This document shows positions 34,856 through 46,764 of a DNA stretch of 64,000 nt, piece by piece; positions within the stretch are counted from its first letter, which is position 1, and each line of letters begins with the position of its first letter. Position numbers and translations under genes: made by a program. The notes under the pieces were generated by a model that ran no database searches, was not told the DNA's origin, and saw only the letters and a program-made list of their open reading frames with translations. The stretch comes from Octopus sinensis (taxonomy: Eukaryota): positions 4,774,001-4,838,000 of the forward strand of contig NC_043013.1 in the NCBI RefSeq assembly GCF_006345805.1, written 5' to 3'.

Positions 34856-34924
34856 ACCTAGATAAATTGCTGTGACCTTATATATTGTTGCCAGATCCAA
34901 GTCAATCCTGATTGAGAAGCTCGA

Positions 34925-35338
34925 GGATCTTTTCGGTTTGAACGGCAGTTTTTTCTAGCGGTGTCATATGAAATTGTCACCCATAATTATGACCCTAGTA
35001 TCGATCTATTGCATTTCAGTCTGTTTTAGGATTAGGATTAGTTAGGGTTAGGGTGGGGGGAAGGGTATCTTTTTTTTCTTCACAAATGTAAATAAACCCA
35101 ATCTGTTTCTTAAACGAGGCACAGAATGTTTTTTTTACCTCAATAGACGTCACTGATTGGTTGAAATTGCAGAAATTGAAGAAAAAACAACAACAAATGT
35201 CTTACAAACTCTAGAATTTTCTCAATAAAGCCAAGAGAAAAAGATGTGTTATAAACACATTCTACCAGTATGCGAAGTTTAAAATTTTTTAGTTACCTAG
35301 GAATTATGTTAAAAACTGCCGTTCAAACCGAAAAGATC
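34925..35338. mobile_element. MITE family copy 2 (longer, with ttagggttaggg interior)
   Basis: Same TIR and 3' half as 4694-4994. Confidence 0.85.
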
Positions 35339-35831
35339 GAAGCTCTATAGTCAAAGTTGGTATGCCCAACTCCAAAGGGTGGAAAGGTTAAGTTATTTGA
35401 AGTTAAATATTTGAACTTAGAAGGAATTCCGCAAAGCATTTTTTTTTCCATAAAATATACCAAGTTTAAATGCAATGAATCGTTGAAAGAATTAGAAAGT
35501 TGCTGTCTTCACTTCTATTTTCCTTTTCAATAATCGGGTGGAGTATTGAAATTTCGGTTGTCTTTCTCAGTAACTAAAAACGGCGATGCTTCGGTATAGG
35601 TACACAAGTGACTTTGTTTACAATTTAAATATTTTCAAAAATACCCAACTCAAATACATGGTCCTCACGTTCGTTACAAGAACACACGACTGCTACTTAC
35701 AAACCACATGTGTTTATTTACATTTGTGAAGATGATCGTCGATTTCTGTAAAAAAAATTTATTTTTTTACATATGGGGTTGGGGGGGGAATGGGATCTTT
35801 TGAAGTTGGCGTTAAGCGGAAGAATTGATGT

Positions 35832-35945
35832 ACGTGTGTGTGTGAGAGAGAGTGTGTGTGTGTGTGAGAGAGAGAGTGTCTGTGTGTGAGAGAGAGAGTG
35901 TGTGTGTGAGAGAGAGAGAGTGTGTGTGTGAGAGAGAGTGTGTGT
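35832..35945. repeat. Compound (TG)n/(AG)n microsatellite
   Basis: Direct reading of the sequence. Confidence 0.95.
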
Positions 35946-36100
35946 GCTTGATGGGGTGCGAGAAAGTGAGGTGTGTAAGTAAAATGTTTTTGTTAGTGTA
36001 TGTGAGAGAGAGAGAGTATGTAGTGCATTTTTTCAATTTCTACAAGTCACGTACAGGAAGGAACTTTTAAAAAAGAATTACATGCATAAAAGTTGATATT

Positions 36101-36361
36101 AATTGCAGCGTGGAAGGTGTTTATAAGCCATTTAAGAAATACACAAAAGCCGTTCGATTCACTTCAACATTTAAGTTTAATTTGTCAAAATATTTTCGTC
36201 TCTTTAAGACCGCGACCTGTTCTGACAAAAATCCGTGAACAGGTCGCGGTCTGAAAACGACGAAAATATTTTGACACAAATTAAATTTAAATGTTGAAGT
36301 GAATCGAACGACTTTTTGTGTGTTTCTTAAATGGCTTATAAACACCTTCCACGCTGCAATT
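36101..36361. repeat. 261-bp near-perfect palindrome (fold-back MITE) 165 bp upstream of the CENP-N ATG
   Basis: aattgcagcgtggaaggtgtttataagcc... is mirrored by ...ggcttataaacaccttccacgctgcaatt; loop about 14 nt. Confidence 0.9.
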
Positions 36362-36525
36362 GTTTTCGTTCCAGCACAACGATCTCAGATCAGGTCACTT
36401 GCTATGCAAGTACATCTCCGTAAAGTTGATATCGGTTGTGATCACGTGACAAGGTACCCGGATGTAATCATTAGCGCCGCCGCCATATTCAAATCCCAAT
36501 TATTTATTTTTTCCCCTCAAAAGAG

Positions 36526-36723
36526 ATGAAAATTGCTTTTCCTTCTTTATCCGATTTACCTCTGACATGTTTGCGAGTCACTTTAATGCGATGTAAATCT
36601 GTAGATTTGCATCCACTTTTAGAAAGATGGAATTATTTACCAAGTTCCGTCCTTCTCAACTGGAAAACTCTTCCTCACGGAATGAAATCTCTGATTGTTT
36701 CGGAAGTTATGAAACTTTGTCAG
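36526..36723 (+). CDS. CENPN: CENP-N-like coding exon 1
   Basis: LRVTLMRCKSVDLHPLLERWNYL..IVSEVMKLCQ aligns by eye with vertebrate IKRTILKIPMNELTTILKAWDFL..VVQHLIHLCE; CAG|gtttaa donor, 198 nt. Confidence 0.8.
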
Positions 36724-36780
36724 GTTTAAAACTCTTTCCTTTTCTTTCTATAAATTACTACTTTTATATAAATATAAAGT

Positions 36781-37190
36781 AAAAAAATCGGCGATCTTTC
36801 GTCTCTAGTAGACCTTTCCGTCAATTTCCGTAAAAAATTTTTTTTTTTTACATATGGGCTTGCGGGAACTTTTGAAGTAATATACATACATATACACACA
36901 ACGAGTAAAAAATTTCAGTTATCTCTTTCTTTCACACACACTAACAGAAGCACTTCACTTACACAACATACTTTCTGTCTCCCACACCCCATCAAACACA
37001 CACATGTACATCAATGCTCCCATGCACGGTAACTTCAAAAGAACTTCCCTCGTCATACAATCGCTTTCTCTTAGTCTCTTTCGCTCTCATTACTTCAAAA
37101 GTTCCCGCAAGCCCATATGTAACAAAAAATAAATTTTTTTACGGAAATCGACGGAAAGGTCTACTAGAGACGAAAGATTGCCAACTTTTT
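36781..37190. mobile_element. MITE with about 100-bp TIRs in CENP-N intron 1
   Basis: atctttcgtctctagtagacctttccgtc...gcgggaacttttgaagta is mirrored at 37089-37190. Confidence 0.85.
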
Positions 37191-37499
37191 AAAATCTTAA
37201 TTATTTTGTATTTAGAAACATCATCTTTTCTTTAACTTGCTCGACCTTTCCTAATCAAATGTATTATTAATTATTCGCTAATTAATTATATTGATGAGAG
37301 TTAAGGAGGGAATATAATGCTCTGACATTATATCCTATAACATTTTTTAAAACAATATTCATAGCATTCAGTTAATCACTATACATATCCATCATTTTCT
37401 GTTAAAATGTCTTATTGACGAGTTTCATTTCTTCACTTCCCTGAAGAGAAGATTACATTGTTTTACACCATTTTATTCCTTTGAAATAATACCAGTGTA

Positions 37500-38395
37500 T
37501 ATTACTGCATACCTCACCCGCCTTCTCTCCAGGGAGGAGAGTTTTAGCTGTTTCAGCCTTTCCCAGTTGCTGAGCAGTTGCAAAGGGACGATCTTTGTGA
37601 ATCTTCTCTGTTGAGTGACCACAGCTGTGAGCAGTAATCCAGGCCGCTGCGGACGAATGTCCTCCTGAAGGCCATCATGGTTTCCTTATCTCTGGTTCTG
37701 AATGTTCTCAGGATCCATCCAGCCAGTCGTCTGCACTTTGTTGCCATCCTGGTAATGTCGATACCCAGGTCCCTCACTGATTTAGGCTCTGGGATTGAAA
37801 TTCCCTGTGGACCAGTGTAGCCTGTAAGTTTCAAATTCAGTTTTGGATGCTGGTAGTGCAGGGCTTGGAATTTTTCAGCATTAAACTGCATATTATTATC
37901 CTCAGCCCATCTGTAAATTGAGTCCAACTCCTGCTGCAGATGTCCAACATCGCTGGGGTTCTGTATTTTCTACAAGACTTTCGTATCGTCTGCGTAGCTT
38001 ACAAGGGTGGCTATCCAGGTACTTGCGGGCATATCAGAGAGGGCCACTATGAAAAGCATTGGCCTCAAGACAGTTCCCCGTGGAACACTGCTCACTATTT
38101 GTGTTTTCATAGAGGTGGCTCCATTGGCCACTACTGCCTGACTCCTATCTTTCAGAAAGTCATGTAACCACTCTCCAAGTTTTCCAGCCATGCCGAGGTC
38201 ACACAATTTGTGGCATATCATACCATGATCCACCTTGTCAAAAGCTTTTGCAAAATCAAGGTATATTACGTTCACATTTGAGTTGTTGAGTAACTGCCTC
38301 AACACCCAGTCATAATGTTGTAAGAGCTGGGTCAGGCAGTTCCTATCTGGTCGAAAGCCATGCTGGGTATTGGTGAGGTTGAGCAGGGACTCCAC
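37500..38395 (-). mobile_element. CR1/L2-like RT fragment
   Basis: QHGFRPDRNCLTQLL, IYLDFAKAFDKVDHG, VPRGTVLRPMLF and YADDTK. Confidence 0.9.
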
Positions 38396-38449
38396 CTGTG
38401 CTTACTTGCAATGAGTCATTCCTGAGAGTATGAGACCTTCGGGCCATTT

Positions 38450-39060
38450 GACGTTGGGAAAGTTGAAATCAGGTTAAACTATAAGAAAAATTTCCGCATG
38501 TTGTCCTCAATGCATTCGTCAAGCATGAAGGACACTGGAAAACTAGTTGCAGATGGTAATCTGATAATGAAACCAAGTGTGGTTGTTTTATACAATGAAG
38601 GGATGGGCAGGATCAATCACTCAGATCAGCTGGCATTGACAGAAAATCGGTTGGAAAATTTGAGAAATGGTATAAAAAAAATTTTCTTGTATATTGTTGA
38701 CAAGTGCATCTTCATTTCCCGTTTGATTTGGCAGATGCCTGGAGGTGTTGGGGGATGGATTGAAATTTGAAGTTTGCTATTCTTTGAAATTATGGAAGTG
38801 TCAGGTCTGCCAAGATACCGAACACGTGGACATGATGATGCTGGATACTCTTCTCACCGCTTAGTGAAGGGACACGGGCATTTTCTAAGATTGCTTGCCC
38901 TCATCATAAAGAAAAGTACAGCAAAGATGTTGTGTGTGCAAAGTGAAAGGGAAACGAAAGGAGACCATATATTTTTTGTTCTGATTGTAATATGCAGATG
39001 TGCATGGTGCCATGTTTTGAGACATGTCACACCAAAGTTAATTTTTGAATTAACTTGCGC
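38450..39060 (+). pseudogene. piggyBac-like transposase 3' relic including the Cys-rich domain
   Basis: KPSVVVLYNEGMGRINHSDQ; removing one T gives RCCVCKVKGKRKETIYFCSDCNMQMCMVPCFETCH. Confidence 0.8.
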
Positions 39061-39788
39061 AATGGGATTGTATAAAGCAAATAGATGACATTTGTCTGAC
39101 TTGTGCTGTCAATTGATCTACTCCTGCAGAAATACCACATCAGTGTTCTGCACTGTGACATAAGTTTAAGTAAATAAACAACGCCTGCTTTGAAGCAATT
39201 GATGTAAATATGTGTTACTGTTATCTCACACTAAGTTTTGACCTCAATCAGCATGATTACCATGGCAGTACACGGGCTACCTAATGCACCACTGCCGTAA
39301 AGTGGTCAGCTAACCTAAAGTTCTATGTATAAAAACTTAAGCAGCAGTACCTGGTACATGCCTCACAAACTTTTGAGACTTTGATTCCTCATTTCATGGG
39401 TTTACCTGGCATATTCTGTTAGAAATATAGCCAGCCTTTGTAACTCACCATTCCTTCAATAGATAGTCATCTTGGCTTTTAGTAATTATTCTCATATCCT
39501 TCCATACTGAAGGTTGATAGCCATAGTTCCACATGTTTATCAGTAATGTTAAATTGTCACTTTTAATTAGTTCAGTTAAAAAAAGGTAACTTTTGAATTC
39601 ACTTTTTGTTTTGTTTAGAGGGCCTGAACGTTTCCACTATAATTTAGATGACAATTGTTATAAATCTAATTAATTTGTTTTCTCAATATGTATTGTACAT
39701 GAGAGATATTTTTTTCTGAGCTATAGCTCATAATTCCTTGTGCATATTATATATGACTGTGTATTCATGTGTAATTTTTGATTTTCAG

Positions 39789-39834
39789 CAAATGCAAATT
39801 AAGTTAGAAGATGCTGCCTTATTAGATTTGATGT
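39789..39834 (+). CDS. CENPN: CENP-N-like exon 2 (QMQIKLEDAALLDLM)
   Basis: ttttcag|CAA acceptor, T|gtaagt donor, 46 nt; DAALLD matches vertebrate SISDAALLDII. Confidence 0.88.
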
Positions 39835-40079
39835 GTAAGTAATATATATTTTTTATATCCCTCTTTTGAAATTCTAGTTTCAATAGTATAAATCAGTTAT
39901 ATTATTGTCTTATATAACTATTTATATGCATGCAGTGTACCAACCATTGCTTCACCATACTCCAAGTGCTGAATTAAGCGATTGCACCCATTCTTTCCCA
40001 GAAATGTGGTCCACTAAAGACTTCTCTCTGACAGTTTATGCTTGAAATTGATATAAATGAACAGTAATTTAAGTTAAAC

Positions 40080-40735
40080 ATCATCATCATCGTTTAGTGT
40101 CCGCTTTCCATGCTAGCATGGGTTGGACGGTTCAACTGGGGTCCAGGAAGCCAGAAGGTTGCACCAGGCCCAGTCTGATCTAGCAATGTTTCTACGGATG
40201 GATGCCCTTCCTAACGCCAACCACTCCATGAGTGTAGTGGATGCTTTTTACGTGCCACCGGCACAGGTGCCAGATAAGGCTGGCAAACAGCCACGATTGG
40301 ACGGTGCTTTTTACATGCCACCGACACGGGGGCCAGGTGAGGCTGGCAACGGCCACGATCGGATGGTGTTTTTTATGTGCCACCGGCACGAGGCCAGTCG
40401 GGTCGGCGCTGGCAACAGCCACGTTCAAATGGTTCTCTTACGTACCACCGGCACTGGTATCACAGCTGCAATTTCCATTGATATTGATTGATTTCGATTT
40501 TCACTCGCCTCAACAGGTCTTCACAAGTAGAGTTTTGTGTCCCAAGAAGGAAAGGTATACCTAAGTGGACTGGCTACATCCCATGTAGAGGCCACGGGTT
40601 ATGGTCTCACTTGTCTGCCGGGTCTTCTGATGCACAGCTTACTTCCAAAGGTCTCGGTCTCTAGTCATTTCCTCGGTGAGACCTAAAGTTCGAAGGTCGT
40701 GCTTCACCACCTCGTCCCAGGTTTTCCTGGGTTCC
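40080..40735 (-). mobile_element. RTE-X 3' end (ORF C-terminus plus 3'UTR)
   Basis: The short-repeat body continues into aaggtcgtgcttcaccacctcgtcccagg, as at 23400-23430. Confidence 0.85.
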
Positions 40736-41220
40736 CAGGTTAGAATGTCACAGGAAGGAATCAGAAGACGGATTCTTTAAGCTGAGCCAATCAATAGGAG
40801 AGTTAGGGGTAGACCAAGAATGAGATGGCTGGATGATATCCATGCTCTCAGTTGGTCACATTTTGGAATCCAGGCATAATCACAGTTGCTTCTGATAGGA
40901 TACTATGGAGAAGGTGCCTGAGGACTGTACCCAACAACCTTCCCAGGTATAATGGGTGGTGAAGATGCATAGATGTGTGTGTGTATCAAGTGAGGGAGAG
41001 CTTCATAAGAACAGGACTTGAAAAGTATTCAGCTACATTTATATGTTTATATCTATATGGAATAACTAATCTTTTGAAAAAATATTTTTCTTATATTTCA
41101 GAATAGACTTTAGATTGTATTGAATTTCAATTTTTGTTGTTATAAGGATTTTCATCTCTCTCTCTCTCTCTCTCACTCTCTCTCTCTCACTCTCTCTCTC
41201 TCTCTTTCTTTTTTGGTCAG

Positions 41221-41277
41221 ATCACCAAATGAATGGAACAGGCACTTGGAAAGTTTATAAAATGGTTGAAGAACTTG
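41221..41277 (+). CDS. CENPN: CENP-N-like exon 3 (YHQMNGTGTWKVYKMVEEL)
   Basis: Long pyrimidine tract then cag|AT, G|gtatgt donor, 57 nt, phase 1-1; WKVYKM resembles vertebrate WEVFQM. Confidence 0.85.
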
Positions 41278-41359
41278 GTATGTGGTATGTTAGTAAATTG
41301 GACAGTTTTACAGATTTTTTTTCTACTCTGGCTCAGTTGGTGAATAGTTATTATACTGT

Positions 41360-41705
41360 TAGTCCGTTGCCAGCCTCGCCTGGCCCCCGTGCCGGTAGCA
41401 CGTAAAAGCACCATCCGTTCGTGTCCGTTGCCAGCCTCGCCTGGCCCCCGTGCCGGTGGCACGTAAAAACACCATCCATTCGTGGCCGTTTGCCAGCTCT
41501 GTCTGGCACCTGTGCAGGTGGCACGTAAAAAGCACCCACTACACTCATGGAGTGGTTGGCGTTAGGAAGGGCATCCAGCCGTAGAAACACTGCCAGATCA
41601 GACTGGGCCTGATGCAGCCTTCCGGCTTCACAGACCCCAGTTAAACCATCCAACCCATGCTAGCATGGAAAGCGGACGCTAAACGATGTTGATGATGATG
41701 ATGAA
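41360..41705 (+). mobile_element. RTE-X 3'UTR copy
   Basis: Repeat units plus body and (GAT)n tail. Confidence 0.8.
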
Positions 41706-42539
41706 TGTTAGGTGAAAGATTTTGGTGGTCATATCCTAATAGTCAATATATTGTTCCAAGCAAGGACCCTTGCTCTACTGGCTTTTATCTTGCTGAACTA
41801 GTTACCATTCCACATAGTATGTGTGATTAATGTTCAGCATAAATTAGTAGGTACTTACAGTTATTAAATAAAATAAAACATAAAAAACAGTAACAAAACT
41901 GTAAGGATCTGTAGTTGTAAGTTAACATTGCTTGTAGGAAATGCTGAATTTCTGTAATTCATGTTCATAGTTTGGAAGATAAAATGTGATTTTTAGAGGT
42001 GTGTTAAATTACTTCAGATGAAAGCATGGCAGAAATTGTGGAATATGTAATGTATTTGTAGAAATCATAAAACATCAAACTGCTTTGTTATATTTGATTT
42101 CACTCTGTATGCTCTGTATTGGAATTCCACCTGAATTAAGTTTTCTTTTCACCCTTCTGGGGTTCATAAAGTAAAGTACCAGTCAAATACTATGATCATT
42201 TTAATCAATTGTTCCCATATGCAGCAGGCTAGAGTGGTGGAGCCCAAATTCCTGCCTAACCTTGGGGTTACAGCAAGGAGGTGAAACGCTTGTTGAAATA
42301 CACTGTTGACACCAATGTTATTTGTAACACCCTACATTACTCCCAGTACAAATTACCCCCTCCATTTTCTTATTCATGCACCCACACACACAGTTAGCCA
42401 CTTTGTGAACTAATATTTATCTATTTTACTTCTGCCTTTTGAGTTGTTCTAAGTCACAATGATATATATTTTTTTTGAGACTAATGAACATTTTCAGATA
42501 TAGTTAAACTAACTGCAACCTTTTCTCCCCTAATTTTAG

Positions 42540-42613
42540 ACAAGGACAAGGTCCTAAATGCTGATAGCCTGCAACAATCACTTTACCAAAGCCTTTCCAA
42601 GTTGTATAATACT
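42540..42613 (+). CDS. CENPN: CENP-N-like exon 4 (DKDKVLNADSLQQSLYQSLSKLYNT)
   Basis: ttttag|AC acceptor, ACT|gtaagt donor, 74 nt, phase 1 to 0, restoring the frame for exon 5. Confidence 0.78.
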
Positions 42614-42684
42614 GTAAGTTTAAGTTTATATAAATTCTAACACAGCATTTTACTTTGATGTTATTATTATGCAAAAGTTATTAT

Positions 42685-43026
42685 TGTGAAGGCGCATGGC
42701 TCAGTGGTTAGAGCGTCGAGCTTACGATCGTGAGGTTGTGAGCTCGAATCCCGGACCGGGCTGCGTATTGTGTTCTTGAGCAAGGCACTTTATTTCACGT
42801 TGCTCCAGTTCACTCAGCTGTAGAAATGAGTTGCGACGTCATTGGTGCCAAGCTGTATCGACCTTTGTCTTTCCCTTGGATAACACAGGTGGCGTGGAGA
42901 GGGGAGGCCGGTATGCATGGGCGACTGCTGGTCTTCCATAAACAACCTTGCCCGGACTTGTGTCTCGGAGGGTAACTTTCTAGGTGCAATCCCATGGTCT
43001 GTGTCGTGACCGAAGGGGGTCTCCGA
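42685..43026 (+). mobile_element. tRNA-derived SINE family C with a 22-bp TSD
   Basis: A-box tggctcagtgg and B-box gctcgaatcc; attattatgcaaaagttattat at 42663-42684 and 43027-43048. Confidence 0.9.
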
Positions 43027-43189
43027 ATTATTATGCAAAAGTTATTATGTGCTAATTTAGTGAGCAATGATATTATCCTGAAATTTGGTGTCGGGTTTCC
43101 TCAAATTTCAAGAATCTTTCTTAGTATTATTGTAAAACACAGGATAGTACTTTTGTCAGTTGACAATGTGTGTCAATCCCAATAACCTT

Positions 43190-43650
43190 GGCCCCTACCT
43201 GGAACGTAGTCAGTGCACCTATGCATACCTTCCTTCTTGGGACACATAACTCTACTTGTGAAGACCTGTTGAGGCAAGTGAAAATGGACAAAATCAAAAG
43301 CAAACTCGATGAACATTAATGGAATTTGTAGTTTTGTGGTGGCACATACGAAAACCATCCGAACGTGGCCGTAGCCAGTACCGCATTGACTGGCCTCTGT
43401 GCCGGTGGCACGTAAAAAACACCATCCGAGCGTGGCCGTTCGCCAGCCTCGTCTGGCACCTGTGTCGGTGGCACATAAAATCACCCACTACACTCTCGGA
43501 GTGGTTGGCATTAGGAAGGGCATCCAGCTGTAGAAACACTGCCAGATCTGACTGGCCTGGTGCAGCCTTCGGGCTTCCCAGACCCCAGTTGAACCATCCA
43601 ACCCTTGCTAGCATGGAAAGCGGACGTTAAACGATGATAATGATGATGAT
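43190..43650 (+). mobile_element. RTE-X 3'UTR copy
   Basis: Includes the upstream UTR segment gaagacctgttgaggcaag; (GAT)n tail. Confidence 0.8.
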
Positions 43651-44215
43651 GTAGCAGTTTTGGTACTGTGTCAAGTGCATTAATTGCCACAGAAACAGTT
43701 TCCATCCTTGTGTTCCACATTCCCTTCATCTCTTTGGCTAGATCATGATATTTTTTAATTTTCTCAGTTTCCATTATATCCACTCTGTGCCGTATGTGAT
43801 TGCAAAGTTTATGATTTTACACTGTCTATCATTTATGTACCCCACAGTCATTTCTAGTCTCCTGGACCTTGTTAGTATGTTGGTGGTACAAGATGTGAAT
43901 GGTAGCAAAGGTGGTACATTTAGACTGGAGGCCGTTTATGCCTTGATGGGCTGTAAGGCCAGATTTCTTCATATATCTAGAAACTTTCCTGAGAATAACT
44001 TGTACTTTAGTGCTAGTGGGGGACTAGAATTGTATTTTGCACACACAGGACGACAGTGTGGAGTTAGTGCCGAGCAGAAGGTGCAAAAGCCTCATAAACC
44101 TGCATGGAAACTTCCAGCTGTTTGACAGATAACAATTGGATTTTCCTGATGTACAAGTGTGGACGTGGCACAACCTCAATGGATCATCCAGATCATATGT
44201 AGATAGAGTGGTGGT

Positions 44216-44382
44216 AGGAGTGGCTGTGTGGTAAGTAGCTTCTTTACCAACCACATGGTTCCAGGTTCAGTCCTACTGCGTGACACCTTGGGCAAGTGTC
44301 TTCTATTATAGCCTCGGGCCAACCAAAGCCTTGTGAGTGGATTTGGTAGGCGGAAACTGAAAGAAGCCAGTCGTATATATGT

Positions 44383-44458
<76 letters not shown>

Positions 44459-44670
44459 TTGTGTGTCTGTTTGTCCCCCTAGCATTGCTTGACAACCGAT
44501 GCTGGTGTGTTTATGTCCCCGTTACTTAGCAGTTTGGCAAAAGAGACCGATAGAATAAGTACTGGGCTTACAGAGAATAAGTCCCGGGGTCGAGTTGCTC
44601 GATTAAATGTGGTGCTCCAGCATGGCTGCAGTCAAATGACTGAAACAAGTAAAAGAGTAAAAAGAGAGAG
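44216..44670 (+). mobile_element. SINE A with a long internal (TA)n
   Basis: Family match; more than 30 TA units. Confidence 0.85.
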
Positions 44671-44899
44671 AGAGAGTATTTGTAAGGTCAGTAGATAGAG
44701 ATAACGTAAGTTGTCCCCAATTCAAATTAGTTGTCTACAAACCACAAATTTGTTATTTGCACAGTCAATTTAGATCTGGTTACTAGAAGTTGAATGTGTC
44801 CTTTCTGGCACTCAAAGACCACAGGGACCAGATTAGTGAACTAGTTATGTGGCAGTTGGTGGCAGCAGTTGTCAACAACTGGTTGTGGATCATACTGAA

Positions 44900-45545
44900 G
44901 AAGGTGATTGGAGATAGTTGATTGCATTTAGCAAAGAGCCAGCAATAGAAAGAAATAGATAAGAGGGAGAATGAGTTAACAGGCTAGAAGAGGCGATCAG
45001 TAAAGGCATTGTGATCGATGTGCTAGCAGTGAGAATAGCCCATGACCATTTCTTTGATCTCAAACATGAAGGCAGCGTTGTCAGAGCTAAAGCCTGTGCA
45101 CTCCAGCACAAATGAATTAAAGCTGTTCGTTGGGCCTGAATGGCGGAGATGCAACATGGAAGCAAAACTATGATGAGCAGATCAGGATGGGCATGTACGT
45201 GCTACTTGATTCCAAGCAGATGTGTTTGGCTTTCCAGCACCACTTTGTGTGGTTGTTTGGAAAGGATGATGGCTTGACGATGGTAACAGAGTTTAGTTCA
45301 TGCCTAGGTGGCCTATTGCAGTTCTTGGCAGCAGATGTGAGGTTCTGTGGAAGGCCTGGAATACGGAAGGTGATGAGTGATTGCACAAGTTACAAATCAC
45401 CTGGTTTGAATTGTCTGCCCTATGAAGTCTATGAGATGCCAGATTTGTTTGACTGCCACTTGGGAGATGTCTACCATCACTGGCAACACAATGGGATGAT
45501 TCTTAGTGCTGTTAGCCAGGGTGTGGTAATGCTACTGGGGAAGGA
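44900..45545 (+). mobile_element. Degraded L1/Tx1-like ORF2 fragment
   Basis: KSPGLNCLPYEVYEMPDLF..WQHNG parallels KSPCLDGLPYKLYCHMPDLF..WQQNG at 1883-2092. Confidence 0.7.
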
Positions 45546-45619
45546 CATCTTCATCATCATCATTTAACGTCTGTTTTTCATACTGGCATGGTTGGATGGT
45601 TTGACAGGAGCTGACCAAC

Positions 45620-45905
45620 TGTTCTTTTACTTGTTTCAGTCATTTGACTGCAGCCATTCTGGAGCACCGCCTTTACTTGAAACACACCAACATTGGTTGT
45701 CAAGTAATGGTGGGGGAACTAACACAGACGCATATACATATATACGATGGGCTTCCTTCAGTTTCCAACTAGCAAATCCACTCAAGGCTTTGATCAGCCT
45801 GAAGCTATAGTAGAAGAGACTTGCCCAAGGTGCCATGCAGTAGGACTGAACTGGAACCATGCAGTTGGGAAGCAAGCGTCTTACCACAAAGCCACACCTG
45901 TGCCT
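45620..45905 (-). mobile_element. SINE A, internally deleted
   Basis: Reverse-complement family match. Confidence 0.75.
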
Positions 45906-46254
45906 ATGTATACTTAATTGTTCTTAAACTTTTAAGTTTGACTGAATTTTCAAATATGTTGTTTATATAAAGTTCTCTAGTTTTGTGTAAAGTATTGAAA
46001 GTGCATGTGGGAAGTAGGATAAGATATTGGCAGAGGGGTGCATTTGGGTGTATGTAGAAAGGAAGAATGAAGGCAGTTGTTAAAGCAAACTGATAGGACC
46101 CCAGAAAGCTTAGGTTTTGCTGAAGTCAAAGTTGATAGTTTATTTTGTCAAGGTTCTCTTACATAGCTTTCTTATTTCATCTGCTTGTGGGAAGCAAAAA
46201 AAATTAGAAGAAAAGTGGGTTTAGCAGATATTGAAATTTTAGCTATTGGAATCA

Positions 46255-46655
46255 GAATCGAAATCGATCAATGGAAATTGCAGCTGAGTTACCAGTTCCG
46301 GTGGCACGTAAGAGAACCATCCGAACGTGGCCATTGCCAGCGCCGCCCCGACTGGCCTCGTGCCGGTGGCACGTAAAAAGCGCCATCCGTTTGTGGCCGT
46401 TGCCAGCCTCGCCTGGCCCCCATGCAGGTGGCACATAAAAAAGCACCATCCGATCATGGCCATTTGCCAGTCTCGTCTGGCACGTAAAAAGCACCCACTA
46501 CACTCACGGAGTGGTTGGTGTTAGGAAGGGCATCTAGCCGTAGAAACATTGCCAGATCAAACTGGGCCTGGTGCAGCCTTCTGGCTTCCCAGACCCCAGT
46601 TGAACTGTCTAACCCATGCTAGCATGGAAAGCGGACGCTAAATGATGATGATGAT
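46255..46655 (+). mobile_element. RTE-X 3'UTR copy
   Basis: Repeat units plus body and tail. Confidence 0.8.
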
Positions 46656-46764
46656 GGAATGCTGATAATCATTTCAGTTGAAGCATGAGAAATAGAAGAT
46701 ATCAGTGAACTTTTGAAATCTGCTTTGCCACAAACTAAAATGCATGGTTGTAAGTTGAGCTATA

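Noticed and set aside
42691-42765. Possible tRNA-Val(TAC) gene
   Set aside because: No acceptor-stem pairing, a variant B-box, continuation into a 260-bp body and a flanking TSD mark it as a SINE head.
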